Position numbers and translations under genes: made by a program. Below are positions 1 through 10,105 of a stretch of DNA of 64,000 bases, piece by piece (within the stretch, counting starts at the first letter, position 1; every line of letters starts with the position of its first letter). This DNA is from Candidatus Eiseniibacteriota bacterium (GTDB taxonomy: Bacteria; Eisenbacteria; RBG-16-71-46), in assembly GCA_041483195.1 (NCBI GenBank), contig JBGPFC010000003.1:32001-96000 (forward strand), written 5' to 3'. The notes below the pieces were generated by a model. It did not search any database, had not been told where the DNA came from, and worked only from the letters and a program-made list of their open reading frames with translations.

Positions 1-188
1 AGCCTTCGTCGAGATGGACCGCGATGGGGCGCACGGCGCCATGTTACCCTGCGCGACGCGATGCGGCGCGCACGCATGATGCGGGACTCAGGTCTAGGCC
101 GCACACAGGAGGCGACGATGCCCAAGCCGCCGTCGTTCCATGCTGCGTTTCGCGCTCGAGCTGCAATTGCGCCCGGTGTGACGCCCGC

Positions 189-1517
189 ATGAGCGATCTG
201 GTCCGCCGCTTTCCCGATGGGTTCCTGTGGGGCGCCGCGACCTCGGCTCACCAGGTCGAGGGCGGGAACACGCTCAACGACTGGTGGCGCTTCGAGCAGC
301 TGCCGGGGAAGATCCACGGCGGCGCGTTGAGCGGCGCGGCGTGCCGTCACTACGAGCGCTTCGACCAGGACTTCGCGCTCGCGCAAGCCGACGGCCACAA
401 CGCGCACCGGCTCTCGCTCGAGTGGAGCCGCATCGAGCCCGAGCGCGGGCGTTTTGATCCCGGCGCGGTCGCCCACTACCACGCGGTGCTCGCCTCGCTC
501 AAGCGTCACGGGCTCCTGCCGATGGTCACGCTCCACCACTTCACGAACCCGCTCTGGATCGCGGATCGTGGCGGCTGGGAGAACCACGAGACGGTCGGAC
601 ACTTCTGCGCGTTCGTGCGCTTCTGCGCGCGCGAGTTCGGCGGCGAGGTGGACTGGTGGTGCACCGTGAACGAGCCCGAGGTGTTCGCCTTCCGCGGCTG
701 GTCCGAGGGCGTGTGGCCACCCGGCGAGCACGACGAGAGCGCAGCGCTGGTGGTGATCGCGCACCAGCTCGAGGCCCACGGTCACGCCTATCGCATCCTC
801 CACGAGGAGGACCGCACCGACGCCGATGGCGACGGGCTCGCGGCGCGGGTGGGCTTCGCGAAGCACTGCCCGCAGCTCGAGGCCGACCGCTGGTGGTTCC
901 CGCTCGACGGGTTGCGCGCGCACTTCGAGAACGCGGTGTTCAACGATGCGGTGATCTCGGCCGCGGTCACCGGCGAGATCGCGCTCTCGATTCCCGGCGC
1001 GCGGCCGGTGCGGCGCCACGTTCCGGAGCTCGAGAAGAGCCTCGACTGGTTCGGGCTCAACTACTACACGCGCTGGAAGGTGCGCATGTTCGCGCCCGAC
1101 CCGCACGTCACGCGCCGCGGCGCCGAGAAGACCGACCTCGACTGGGAGATCTACCCGGCCGGGATCGAGCGCGCGCTGCTGCGCGTCGCGCGCGCCGGCG
1201 TGCCGGTGCTCGTCACCGAGAACGGCTTCGCGGACGCGCGCGACTCGTTCCGCTCGCGCGCGATGGTCGAATACCTGCTGCACGTGGGGCGGGCGATGGA
1301 CCGCGGCGTGCGGGTGCTGGGCTACTTCCACTGGTCGCTGCTCGACAACTTCGAGTGGGCCGACGGATTCAAGGGCCGCTTCGGGCTCTACCGCGTGGAC
1401 TTCGGCGACCCGGAACGGCCGCGGCATCGCACCCGCGGCGCGGAGGTGTTCGCGAGCATCGCGCGCGCGAACGGGATTCAGCGCGAGGTCGTCGCCCGGG
1501 TCGGCCTCGCGCTCTGA
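189..1517 (+). CDS. Glycoside hydrolase family 1 (beta-glucosidase)
   Basis: FPDGFLWGAATSAHQVEG N-terminal signature, TVNEP acid/base, VTENG nucleophile, WSLLDNFEWADG. ATG at 189 chosen over the ORF-track start at 24. Confidence 0.93.
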   Translation: MSDLVRRFPDGFLWGAATSAHQVEGGNTLNDWWRFEQLPGKIHGGALSGAACRHYERFDQDFALAQADGHNAHRLSLEWSRIEPERGRFDPGAVAHYHAVLASLKRHGLLPMVTLHHFTNPLWIADRGGWENHETVGHFCAFVRFCAREFGGEVDWWCTVNEPEVFAFRGWSEGVWPPGEHDESAALVVIAHQLEAHGHAYRILHEEDRTDADGDGLAARVGFAKHCPQLEADRWWFPLDGLRAHFENAVFNDAVISAAVTGEIALSIPGARPVRRHVPELEKSLDWFGLNYYTRWKVRMFAPDPHVTRRGAEKTDLDWEIYPAGIERALLRVARAGVPVLVTENGFADARDSFRSRAMVEYLLHVGRAMDRGVRVLGYFHWSLLDNFEWADGFKGRFGLYRVDFGDPERPRHRTRGAEVFASIARANGIQREVVARVGLAL

Positions 1518-1526
1518 CGGCGCCGC

Positions 1527-4500
1527 ATGACGCGACTGACGGCCGCCGCGCTCGCCCAGCCGCTGCGCTGGGTGATCGTCACGCTCCTGCTGACGCTCGC
1601 GCTCGGGCTGGGATTGCGGCGGCTCGAGCTGCGCGCAGACGGCGCGTCTATTTATCCGACCGGGAACGCCACGGTGGACGCGAGCGCCGCCGACGCGATC
1701 GCGTTCGACGATCCGCAGCAGGCGATCGTGCTGGTGAGCGCGCGCCCGGGGGGCCCGCCGCTCGACTCGCCGGCCGGCCTGCGCTTGGTGGCCGTGGCTC
1801 ACCGAGGGCTGGCCGCAATCGATGGCGCGAGCGGGCCGCGCACGCGCTCGATCGCCTCCCTGCTCGATGTGCGCAACGATCGGGGCGCGATCGCGGTCGG
1901 CTCGCTGCTCGACGGCGTGCCGGTGGATTCCGCGGAATGCGCAGCGCAGATCGTCCGCCTCCGCGAGCAGCCGGTCGCGAGCGGCCTGCTGCTCGCGCGC
2001 GACGGGAGCGCCGCCGTCATCGTCGTTCCGCTCGCGCGCGAGGCGAATCGGGCGGCGTTCATCGCGCGGCTCGAGCGCTGGGCGGGCGAGCATCGCACGC
2101 GCGAGTTCGACCTGCGCGTCACCGGGCCGCTCGCCGCCGAGGTGAAGCTGGGCGGCATGGTGTGGGGCGATCTCTCGACCTTCGTGCCGATCATGACCGC
2201 GCTCATGGCGCTGCTCCTGTTCGTGAGCCTGCGCTCGGTCGCGGGCTGCGTGCTGCCGATGGTCGAGGCGCTGGTGGTGCTGGCCTGGACCTTCGGCGCG
2301 ATGGGCCACCTCGGGATTCCGGTGACGCTCGTCACCACCATCCTCCCCGTGATCCTCATGTCCACCGCCATCACCGACGAGATTCACGTGCTCGAGCGCG
2401 TGCAGGACGAGCTGGCCGCGCACGCTGCGTCGAACGCTTCGGGCGCGGCCACGCGCGAGCTGCTGCGCGCGGCGATGCTCGCGGGTCTCGGCGACGTGCG
2501 CTGGCCGATCATCGGCTCCGCGGTCACCACCGCCATCGGCTTCCTGTCGTTCCTGAGCGCCTCGATCGAGCCGCTGCGCGCCTTCGGCCTGGCGGCCGGC
2601 GCCGGCATCCTGCTCGCGATGCTGCTCTCGTTCAGCTTCATGCCGGCGCTCGCGATGCTGCTTCCGCTCGCGTGGTTCAGGACCGTGCGCCTCGGTCCCG
2701 CGCGCGACCTGCACGCGCTCACGGCGTTCGAATCGGCGGTCGCGCGTGCGCCGGGGCGGTTCTTCGCGTTCGGCCTGCTGGCGCTCGCGCTCTGCGCGCC
2801 CGGGCCGTTCCGGCTCCGGGTGCAGGACGCATGGATGGACAACTTCGATCCGCGCGCGCCGCTGGTCGAGGCCGACCACGACATCAACGCGCGCTTCTGG
2901 GGGAGCTATCGCTTCGACGTCGTGCTCGAGGCCGAGCCCGGGCGCTTCGCATCGCCCTCCGGAGCCGCGTTGATGGAGTCGGTCGCGCGCGCGGCGCGGC
3001 GGGAGCCCCACGTCGGCGGCGTGCTCACCTACCTGGATCCGCTCGCAACCATCGCGCGCGCGATCGCGCCGGGCGATTCGCTGCCCTTCCGGGACGCGGG
3101 CCGGCTGGGAGAGCTGGCAGCGATCGCGCAATCCTCACCCGACGGCGCGGGGCTCCGGCAGCTCGTGACCGGGGACGGATCGCGCGCCCGCGCGCGCATC
3201 TTCGTCAACAGCCCGAACTACCGGCGCGCGGATTCGCTCCGCCGCGATCTGGCGCTCGCGCTGCCGCCGCTGCTCGCGGGCTCCGGCGTGCGGGCGCGAT
3301 TCAGCGGCGACCTGCCGGTCGCGCTCGAGGTGGTGCGCGCCATCGTGGACAACCAGCTGCGCTCGATCGGCTGGAGCCTGCTCGGCATCGGGCTGCTGCT
3401 GTGGCTGGTCTACCCCCGCGGCCGCGCAGCTTGGATCGCGCTGGCCCCGGTGAGCGCGACCGCGCTCGTGCTGTTCGGCGTGATGGGATACGCCGGCATG
3501 CCGCTCGGCATCGCGACCAGCATGTTCGCGGGGCTCGCGGTGGGAGTCGGCGTGGACTTCGCGCTCCACTTCGTCTATCAGCACCGCATCGAGTCCGCCC
3601 GCCGCGAGAATCCGCGCGCCGCGCTCGAGGCGACGCTCGGCCGCACCGGGCGCGCGATCCGCTGGAACGCGCTGGTGGTCACGCTCGGGTTTCTTGCGCT
3701 CACGCTTTCGCGCATCCCGCCCAATCGCAATCTCGGGCTGCTGCTCGCCGCCGCCATGTTCGGCTGCTACGCCGCGACGCTGGTCTACATGCCATGGCTG
3801 GTGCGCGGCCTCAGGGCGATCGCCATCGCGCTCGCGCTGCTCGCGCCGCTCGCGCTGCCCGGGCGCGCGCACGCCGCTCCGGCCGAGTCCGACACCGGCG
3901 CGGTGCGCGTGATGCGCGATCTGGAGCGCGCGTTTCGCCGCACGCCGCGCGCGCTGCGGATGGAGGTGCGATCGACGTACGCGGGCGGCCAGACCCTCGA
4001 ACGCTCCACCTGGGGCGTGTTCGCAGACCAGCCCGACGCGTGCCACGTGATGTACACGTTCGACCGCCCCGAGAACATGGCGGGCGCGACGCTGCTGATG
4101 CGCTTCGATGCTCGCGACCAGGCCGACTCGACCTGGCTCTACCTCCCTTCCATGAAGCGCATGTGGCCGATCGGGACCGCCGGCCCGCGGCTGCTGGTCC
4201 CGGGCACCACCATGAGCTTCGAGGACGCGCGCGGCTTCATACCCACCGCACACTACCGGTTCCGAGCGCCGAGTCCGCCGGGCGGCGCGGGCTCGCAGGA
4301 CACGCTCTGGATCGTGGCGCTGCCCGCCACCGACTCGCTACGCAAGAACCTGGGCTATGGCCGGCTGGTGATGGCGATCGACCGCGGGCGCGGCCTGATC
4401 GCGCGGATCGAGTTCGCCGACGCCGATCTGCGCCCGGTCAAGCGCTACGAGCTGCTCGACGCGATTCGCTTCGGCGCAGAGTGGCTGCCGAAGCGCGTGC

Positions 4501-4664
4501 GGATCGAGCAGGTGCAGATCGGGATGACGTCGATCGTGGACTACCGTTACTGGCGACTGCGCGCGCCGCCCCCGAAGCGGCTGTTCGATCCATCCGACGC
4601 GGCCGGGCCGTTCCTGCCGCGGATCATGGAGACGCTCAGGCGCGAGAAGATCCCGATCGACTAG
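1527..4664 (+). CDS. MMPL/RND-family lipid transporter fused to a C-terminal LolA-like (lipoprotein-sorting) domain
   Basis: Two MMPL halves with about 12 TM segments (VTGPL..., FSGDLP..., GVGVDFALH), then about 270 aa soluble domain with DSTWLYLPSMKR and PGTTMSFED motifs typical of LolA-like sorting proteins. Confidence 0.85.
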   Translation: MTRLTAAALAQPLRWVIVTLLLTLALGLGLRRLELRADGASIYPTGNATVDASAADAIAFDDPQQAIVLVSARPGGPPLDSPAGLRLVAVAHRGLAAIDGASGPRTRSIASLLDVRNDRGAIAVGSLLDGVPVDSAECAAQIVRLREQPVASGLLLARDGSAAVIVVPLAREANRAAFIARLERWAGEHRTREFDLRVTGPLAAEVKLGGMVWGDLSTFVPIMTALMALLLFVSLRSVAGCVLPMVEALVVLAWTFGAMGHLGIPVTLVTTILPVILMSTAITDEIHVLERVQDELAAHAASNASGAATRELLRAAMLAGLGDVRWPIIGSAVTTAIGFLSFLSASIEPLRAFGLAAGAGILLAMLLSFSFMPALAMLLPLAWFRTVRLGPARDLHALTAFESAVARAPGRFFAFGLLALALCAPGPFRLRVQDAWMDNFDPRAPLVEADHDINARFWGSYRFDVVLEAEPGRFASPSGAALMESVARAARREPHVGGVLTYLDPLATIARAIAPGDSLPFRDAGRLGELAAIAQSSPDGAGLRQLVTGDGSRARARIFVNSPNYRRADSLRRDLALALPPLLAGSGVRARFSGDLPVALEVVRAIVDNQLRSIGWSLLGIGLLLWLVYPRGRAAWIALAPVSATALVLFGVMGYAGMPLGIATSMFAGLAVGVGVDFALHFVYQHRIESARRENPRAALEATLGRTGRAIRWNALVVTLGFLALTLSRIPPNRNLGLLLAAAMFGCYAATLVYMPWLVRGLRAIAIALALLAPLALPGRAHAAPAESDTGAVRVMRDLERAFRRTPRALRMEVRSTYAGGQTLERSTWGVFADQPDACHVMYTFDRPENMAGATLLMRFDARDQADSTWLYLPSMKRMWPIGTAGPRLLVPGTTMSFEDARGFIPTAHYRFRAPSPPGGAGSQDTLWIVALPATDSLRKNLGYGRLVMAIDRGRGLIARIEFADADLRPVKRYELLDAIRFGAEWLPKRVRIEQVQIGMTSIVDYRYWRLRAPPPKRLFDPSDAAGPFLPRIMETLRREKIPID

Positions 4665-4690
4665 GGCGCGGCCGCGTCGTCGCGCCCCGC

Positions 4691-4720
4691 TTGGGGCTTC
4701 GCGCCGCGCTGCGCTATGCT
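4691..4720 (+). promoter_or_regulatory. Putative sigma70 promoter for the small ORF-hsp20-lon unit
   Basis: TTGGGG-18 nt-TATGCT, upstream of the GGAGGT RBS at 4738. Confidence 0.35.
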
Positions 4721-4753
4721 GCGCGTCAGCCTTCCACGGAGGTCGAAATCCCC

Positions 4754-4936
4754 ATGTGCCCCTTCTGCAAGACGCACGACGGCAAGCCGTGCGCCGTGAC
4801 CGAGAAGCCCAACGGACGGCTGCAGTGCGCGTGCGGCAAGCACGGGTGGCCCAATTCGGGCGCATTCCTCGAGAGCTGCCGGCTGACCAGCCTCACCATC
4901 ACCGGAACGGTCCACACCTGGACGCAGGGGTACTAG
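4754..4936 (+). CDS. Small (60 aa) Cys/His-rich, zinc-ribbon-like protein
   Basis: GGAGGT RBS, then MCPFCKTHDGKPC...LQCACGKHGW...; appears in the track only as the tail of the 656..4936 shadow ORF. Confidence 0.7.
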   Translation: MCPFCKTHDGKPCAVTEKPNGRLQCACGKHGWPNSGAFLESCRLTSLTITGTVHTWTQGY

Positions 4937-4959
4937 CCCGGGCCAACACGAGACCTGCC

Positions 4960-5406
4960 ATGACCCGATACTCGGACGATCCGCTCGAGAACCTGCAGCG
5001 CGAGGTCGAGCGTCTGTTCCGCGACCTCGTGTATCGCCGCCATCCGGCCTCCCATTTCGCGGAGCCCACCTGGTCGCCGGCCGCGGACCTGGTGGTGTCC
5101 CAGACTTCCGCCCGGGTGCTGCTCGAGCTCGCCGGGGTGCCGAAGCAGAGCGTGCGGCTCACGCTCCGCGGCCGCACGCTGGAGGTGAGCGGACGGCGCA
5201 ATCCGCCGCAGGAGCCGGGCGCCGCCCATTATCATCGCGCCGAGATCTACTTCGGCGATTTCCACCGCACGATCGATCTGCCGTGGGAAGCCGACGCCGA
5301 CAGCATCACGGCGCACTTCCGCGACGGGCTGCTCGAGATTCACGTGCGCCCGGTGAAGGTGACCGGTTCCACGCGCGTGCCGGTCCACGAGAAGAAGGCG
5401 CACTGA
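4960..5406 (+). CDS. Hsp20/alpha-crystallin small heat-shock protein
   Basis: LELAGVPK...LEVSGRR...EIYFGDFHRTIDLP...AHFRDGLLEI; TGATG overlap with lon. Confidence 0.9.
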   Translation: MTRYSDDPLENLQREVERLFRDLVYRRHPASHFAEPTWSPAADLVVSQTSARVLLELAGVPKQSVRLTLRGRTLEVSGRRNPPQEPGAAHYHRAEIYFGDFHRTIDLPWEADADSITAHFRDGLLEIHVRPVKVTGSTRVPVHEKKAH

Positions 5407-7928
5407 TGCCACGCCGCGCGAAGAAGGACGCGAAGGTCGCGAAGCGGGAGGCCCCTGCGAACAAGGGCGCCGCGAAGCCGACGGCGGGGCCGACCCTGCC
5501 CGCCGGGCTCGTGTTCGGCGACCCGCCTTCGACGCGCGAGATCCCGGTGCTCGCGGTGCGGCACACCGTGCTCTTCCCGCTCGCGATCCTCCCGCTCAAC
5601 ATCGGCCGCCCGAAGAGCATCATGCTGCTCAACGACGTGATGGCCGGCGATCGCACGATCGCCGTGATCGCGCAGAAGGACGGCAGCCTCGAGGAGCCGG
5701 CCGGCGCGGACCTGCACGAGGTGGGCACGATCGGCACCGTGGTACGCATGGTGCGGGTCGCGGAGGACCGGCTCTCGGTGCTGATCCAGGGCACCGCTCG
5801 CGTGCGCGTCGACCGGCTGCTCGGCGAGGATCCCTACCTCAAGGCACGGGTCACGACGCTCGCGGAGCAGGTCGTCGAGGACGTCGAGACCGAGGCCCTG
5901 GTCAAGACCGTCATCGCCCAGTTCGAGCGGGTCGTGCAGCTCACCCCCAACGTCCCGGACGAGGCGGCGGTCGCGGCGCGCACCCAGCAGGGGCCGGGGC
6001 GGGTCGCGGACTTCATCGCATCGCTGCTCGACCTCCCGTCGGAGGACAAGCAGCGCCTGCTCGAGGCGCTCGAGGTGAAGGTGCGCCTGATGCGGCTCAC
6101 CGAGATCCTCGCGCGCGAGCTGCAGGTGCTCGAAGTCGGGCAGCAGATCCAGGAGACGGTGCGCGAGTCCATCGACCAGCACCAGAAGGAATTCCTGCTG
6201 CGCCAGCAGATGGAGGCGATTCGCAAGGAGCTGGGCGAGAGCGACGAATCGCAGCACGAGATCGAGGAGCTCAAGACGAAGATCGAGAAGGCCGCGATGC
6301 CGCCCGAGGTGCGCAAGGAGGCGGACCGCGAGCTGACGCGATTGCAGCGCATGCCGCCCCAGGCCGCCGAGTACACGGTGTCGCGCACCTACCTCGAGTG
6401 GCTGTGCGAGATGCCGTGGGCGCTCACGACCGAGGACGACCTCGACCCGAAGCACGCGCGCGCGGTGCTCGACGAGGACCATTACGGCCTCACGAAGATC
6501 AAGGAGCGCATCCTCGAGTACCTGGTGGTGCGCCGCTACAAGAAGGACGCGCGCACGCCCATCCTGTGCTTCGTCGGCCCGCCCGGGACCGGCAAGACCT
6601 CGCTGGGCCGCTCGATCGCGCGCGCGCTGGGACGCAAGTTCGTGCGGCAGTCGCTGGGAGGCGTGCGGGACGAGGCGGAGATCCGCGGCCACCGCCGCAC
6701 CTACATCGGCGCGCTGCCCGGCAACATCATCCGCGGCATCCGCCGCGCCGCCACCCGCAACCCGCTGTTCATGCTGGACGAGATCGACAAGCTGGGCGCC
6801 GACTTCCGCGGCGATCCGTCGAGCGCGCTGCTCGAGGTGCTCGATCCCGAGCAGAACGCGACGTTCATGGATCACTATCTCGACGTGCCGTTCGATCTCT
6901 CGCAGGTGCTGTTCATCACCACCGCCAACTACCTCGATCCGGTGCCGCCGGCGTTGCGCGATCGCATGGAGATCATCGAGCTGTCCGGCTACACCGACAA
7001 CGAGAAGCTCGAGATCGCGAAGCGCCACCTGATCCCGAAGGCGGTGCGCGAGAACGGGCTCGAGTCGCTCGAGACCACCTTCACCGACGATGCGCTCTTC
7101 AAGATCATGCGCGAGTACACGCGCGAGGCCGGGCTCCGCAACCTCGAGCGCGAGATCGCGAACCTGCTTCGCAAGACGGCGATGGCGCTCGCCGAGGGCA
7201 AGGCGCCGCCGCGCGAGATCGGGCCGGAGCGCGTGCGCGAGCTGCTCGGCCCGGAGCGGATCGAGCACGAGATCGCCTCGCGGCTCGACGCGCCGGGCGC
7301 CGTGTTCGGCCTGGCGTGGACGCCCTCCGGAGGCGAGGTGCTGATGGTCGAGGCCACGCTCATGCCGGGCTCCAAGCAGTTGCTGCTCACCGGACAGCTC
7401 GGCGATGTCATGAAGGAGAGCGCGCAGGCCGCGCTGTCCTACGTGCGTTCGCACGCTGAAGAGCTGGACATCGAGCCCGGCTTCTTCGAGAAATCCGACA
7501 TCCACGTTCACCTGCCGGCGGGCGCGATCCCCAAGGACGGCCCGTCGGCCGGCATCGCGTTGTGCACCGCGATCGTGAGCCTGCTCACCCGCCGCAGGGC
7601 GCGCGCCGGAATCGCGATGACCGGCGAGATCACGCTGCGCGGCCGGGTGCTGCGCATCGGCGGCGTGAAGGAGAAGGTGCTGGGCGCGCACCGCGCCGGG
7701 ATCACCACCGTGATCCTCCCGCGCGAGAACCAGGGCGAACTCGAGGAGGTGCCGGTCGAGATCCGCTCGCACATGATCTTCGCGCCGGTCGATCGCATCG
7801 AGCAGGTGCTGCAGCTCGCGCTCGACGAGACGCCGATGGCGAAGCGTGGCGAGCTGCCGCGGCGCGAGGCGCCGCCCGGCAAGCCGGCGCGGCCGCCCGC
7901 CAACGTGATCGCGCGCGGAAGGGACTAG
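5406..7928 (+). CDS. lon: ATP-dependent endopeptidase La
   Basis: LON N domain, Walker A GPPGTGKTS, Walker B MLDEIDK, catalytic PKDGPSAG and GGVKEK. Confidence 0.97.
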   Translation: MPRRAKKDAKVAKREAPANKGAAKPTAGPTLPAGLVFGDPPSTREIPVLAVRHTVLFPLAILPLNIGRPKSIMLLNDVMAGDRTIAVIAQKDGSLEEPAGADLHEVGTIGTVVRMVRVAEDRLSVLIQGTARVRVDRLLGEDPYLKARVTTLAEQVVEDVETEALVKTVIAQFERVVQLTPNVPDEAAVAARTQQGPGRVADFIASLLDLPSEDKQRLLEALEVKVRLMRLTEILARELQVLEVGQQIQETVRESIDQHQKEFLLRQQMEAIRKELGESDESQHEIEELKTKIEKAAMPPEVRKEADRELTRLQRMPPQAAEYTVSRTYLEWLCEMPWALTTEDDLDPKHARAVLDEDHYGLTKIKERILEYLVVRRYKKDARTPILCFVGPPGTGKTSLGRSIARALGRKFVRQSLGGVRDEAEIRGHRRTYIGALPGNIIRGIRRAATRNPLFMLDEIDKLGADFRGDPSSALLEVLDPEQNATFMDHYLDVPFDLSQVLFITTANYLDPVPPALRDRMEIIELSGYTDNEKLEIAKRHLIPKAVRENGLESLETTFTDDALFKIMREYTREAGLRNLEREIANLLRKTAMALAEGKAPPREIGPERVRELLGPERIEHEIASRLDAPGAVFGLAWTPSGGEVLMVEATLMPGSKQLLLTGQLGDVMKESAQAALSYVRSHAEELDIEPGFFEKSDIHVHLPAGAIPKDGPSAGIALCTAIVSLLTRRRARAGIAMTGEITLRGRVLRIGGVKEKVLGAHRAGITTVILPRENQGELEEVPVEIRSHMIFAPVDRIEQVLQLALDETPMAKRGELPRREAPPGKPARPPANVIARGRD

Positions 7929-10105
7929 CGGACCCGCGACGGGGCGCGGCCGCTCGCCGCTCCGCCCACGACGTGGCGGAGCGCGCGCTGCACGGCCGAA
8001 CGGCAGTCCTCGACGTCGAGCGGTTTCGAGAGCACCTCGGCCACGCCCAGGTCGCGAACGCGCGGGTCATCCGCCTGAGCGCCCCAGCCGCTGATCAACA
8101 GGACCGTGATGGCCAGACCGCGATCCCGAACCGCGGCCACCAGATCCCAGCCCGACATGCCGGGCATGCTCACGTCGGTGAGGAGAACGTCGAACGCCTC
8201 GTGGTCGAGCGCGGCGAGCGCATCGGCGCCGCTCGCCGCGGCCGTGACGCGATGGCCATCCAGCGCGAGGCAATCCTGGTAATACGCGCGGTTGTACTCC
8301 TCGTCGTCGACGACCAACACACGCGCGGCGATCCCCGGGCCCGAGACCGCGGGGTCCGCTCCGGTCGACGCGGCCAGCGCGGGCGCCCGGGCGGGCAGTC
8401 GAATGGTGAAGGTCGTTCCCACGCCTTCCTCGCTCTCGACCTTGATCGTGCCGCCCATCCGCTGGATGATCCCGCTGACGACGTTCAATCCCATGCCGTG
8501 GCCGTAAGGCTTGGTCGTGTGAAACGGCTGGTACAGCTTCTCGCGCGTTTCATGGCTCATCCCCACTCCTGTGTCCGCCACCTCGAGCCGGATCCACTCG
8601 CCGTCATCGCGCGTGCGAATCGTGATGCGGCCGTCGGTGGGCATCGCCTCCAGCGCGTTGAACAGGAGGTTCGAGAGGACCTGCACGATCTCGAGGGTAT
8701 TGCCCACCGTGATCGGCACGGTCTCGAGATCGAGGCTCACCTCCACGTGCACGCCCCGGGCCTCCGGCTCCTGCTGCCACTTGGGCCGGGTCAGGTCCAC
8801 CACGAGTCGCACCGCAGCGTTCAGATCGAGGGCCGCGGTCGCGCCGCTCCGGCGGATGCTCGCGGAGTCCTGGATGCGGCGCACCGTATCGGCCCCTTGG
8901 AGCGAGAGCGTTTCGATCATCTGCAAGTGAGGCTTCAATTCGAAGGACGCGGTGGCACCCTCCGCCGCCCGCAGCAGCAGCTGCGCCCGCCCCAGAATTC
9001 CGTTGAGGATGTTGTTGAAATCGTGGGCGACACCCGCCGCCATCTCGCCCAGCGCGTTGACGCGCTCCGATGCGATCAGCTGGTCCTGGGTCGCCCGCAG
9101 CTGGCGGATGGTTTCCTCGAGACGCTCGGAGTGCCGAGCGCGTTCGATCGCGACCGCCACCTGGCCGCACAGCCCCGACACGAACGTGGCGTCGTCCTGG
9201 TCGAAGGGCACCTGCGAGCGGCGGTTGGTGAGATTGACGACGCCCAGCACCCGGCCCCTCGACTTGATCGGCACGCTGAGAAAGATGGGGGCCGAGAGAA
9301 AGGTCGAGCCGAGGTCCGCGCGCGCGGTCCCGCGCGTGCGTGGATCGGCGCGCGTGTCGGCCACGAAGATCGGCTGCGCGCTCTCGAAGACCTGGCCCGC
9401 GATGCCCTCGCCCGGGCTGACCACGACGGTGCGCGCGATGTCCTCGCTGATTCCGCGCGCGGCGGCGATCCGCAGGTGATCGCCGGTCGCGTCGGTCAGC
9501 ATGACGGAGGCGCGCTCGACGTCCAGCTCCGCGACCAGGAGATCGATGAAGGTGTCGAGGATTTCGGGAACGGAATCCAGGGCGCCCAGCCCGATCCCCG
9601 CGACGTTGAGCGAGGCCAGCCGTCTCACGGCCACAGCCAGCTGCTGATTCTGGCGCTCCTTGGTCTCGGCGAGCTCGCGGTTGTGGAGCGAGAGCCGGCG
9701 TCGCTCGAGGGCGCGCGAGACGGTCGCGGTCACCTCATCCAGTTCGAACGGCTTGTGAAGGTAATCGTAGGCACCCATGCGGAGCGCCTCGACCACCGTC
9801 TTGATCGAGGCATGGCTGGTCATCACGATGACTTCGGTATCGGGGCATTTCTGCTTGATGCGTCCGAGGAGCTCGATGCCGTTCATCCCGGGGAGGACGA
9901 TGTCCACGAGCGCCAGGGAGACCGCGGGTCCATCCAGCAGGGGGAGCGCCTCGTCCGCGGAGCCCGCGCTCGCGACCCCGCAACCCATCCCCGACAACAG
10001 CCTGGAGAGGATGATACGGAGTGCCGACTCGTCGTCGACGACCAGCACGATTTCGGTGGCGCCCACGGAAGTCTCCGGCGCTGCCCCGTTGCGGAGCACG
10101 CGCAC
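7925..10105 (-). CDS. Hybrid sensor histidine kinase (REC-GAF-HisKA-HATPase-REC)
   Basis: VVDDE/DIVLPG receiver, GAF, AHDFNNIL H-box, NALEA, DTGVG, FHTTK, GHGMGL, C-terminal receiver TDVSMPG. Start uncertain. Confidence 0.92.
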   Translation of the reverse strand: MRVLRNGAAPETSVGATEIVLVVDDESALRIILSRLLSGMGCGVASAGSADEALPLLDGPAVSLALVDIVLPGMNGIELLGRIKQKCPDTEVIVMTSHASIKTVVEALRMGAYDYLHKPFELDEVTATVSRALERRRLSLHNRELAETKERQNQQLAVAVRRLASLNVAGIGLGALDSVPEILDTFIDLLVAELDVERASVMLTDATGDHLRIAAARGISEDIARTVVVSPGEGIAGQVFESAQPIFVADTRADPRTRGTARADLGSTFLSAPIFLSVPIKSRGRVLGVVNLTNRRSQVPFDQDDATFVSGLCGQVAVAIERARHSERLEETIRQLRATQDQLIASERVNALGEMAAGVAHDFNNILNGILGRAQLLLRAAEGATASFELKPHLQMIETLSLQGADTVRRIQDSASIRRSGATAALDLNAAVRLVVDLTRPKWQQEPEARGVHVEVSLDLETVPITVGNTLEIVQVLSNLLFNALEAMPTDGRITIRTRDDGEWIRLEVADTGVGMSHETREKLYQPFHTTKPYGHGMGLNVVSGIIQRMGGTIKVESEEGVGTTFTIRLPARAPALAASTGADPAVSGPGIAARVLVVDDEEYNRAYYQDCLALDGHRVTAAASGADALAALDHEAFDVLLTDVSMPGMSGWDLVAAVRDRGLAITVLLISGWGAQADDPRVRDLGVAEVLSKPLDVEDCRSAVQRALRHVVGGAASGRAPSRVR

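Noticed and set aside
656..4753. 1426 aa ORF in the track
   Set aside because: Arg/Ala/Gly-rich shadow frame over GH1 and MMPL; only the last 60 codons (4754-4936) have an RBS and protein-like sequence.
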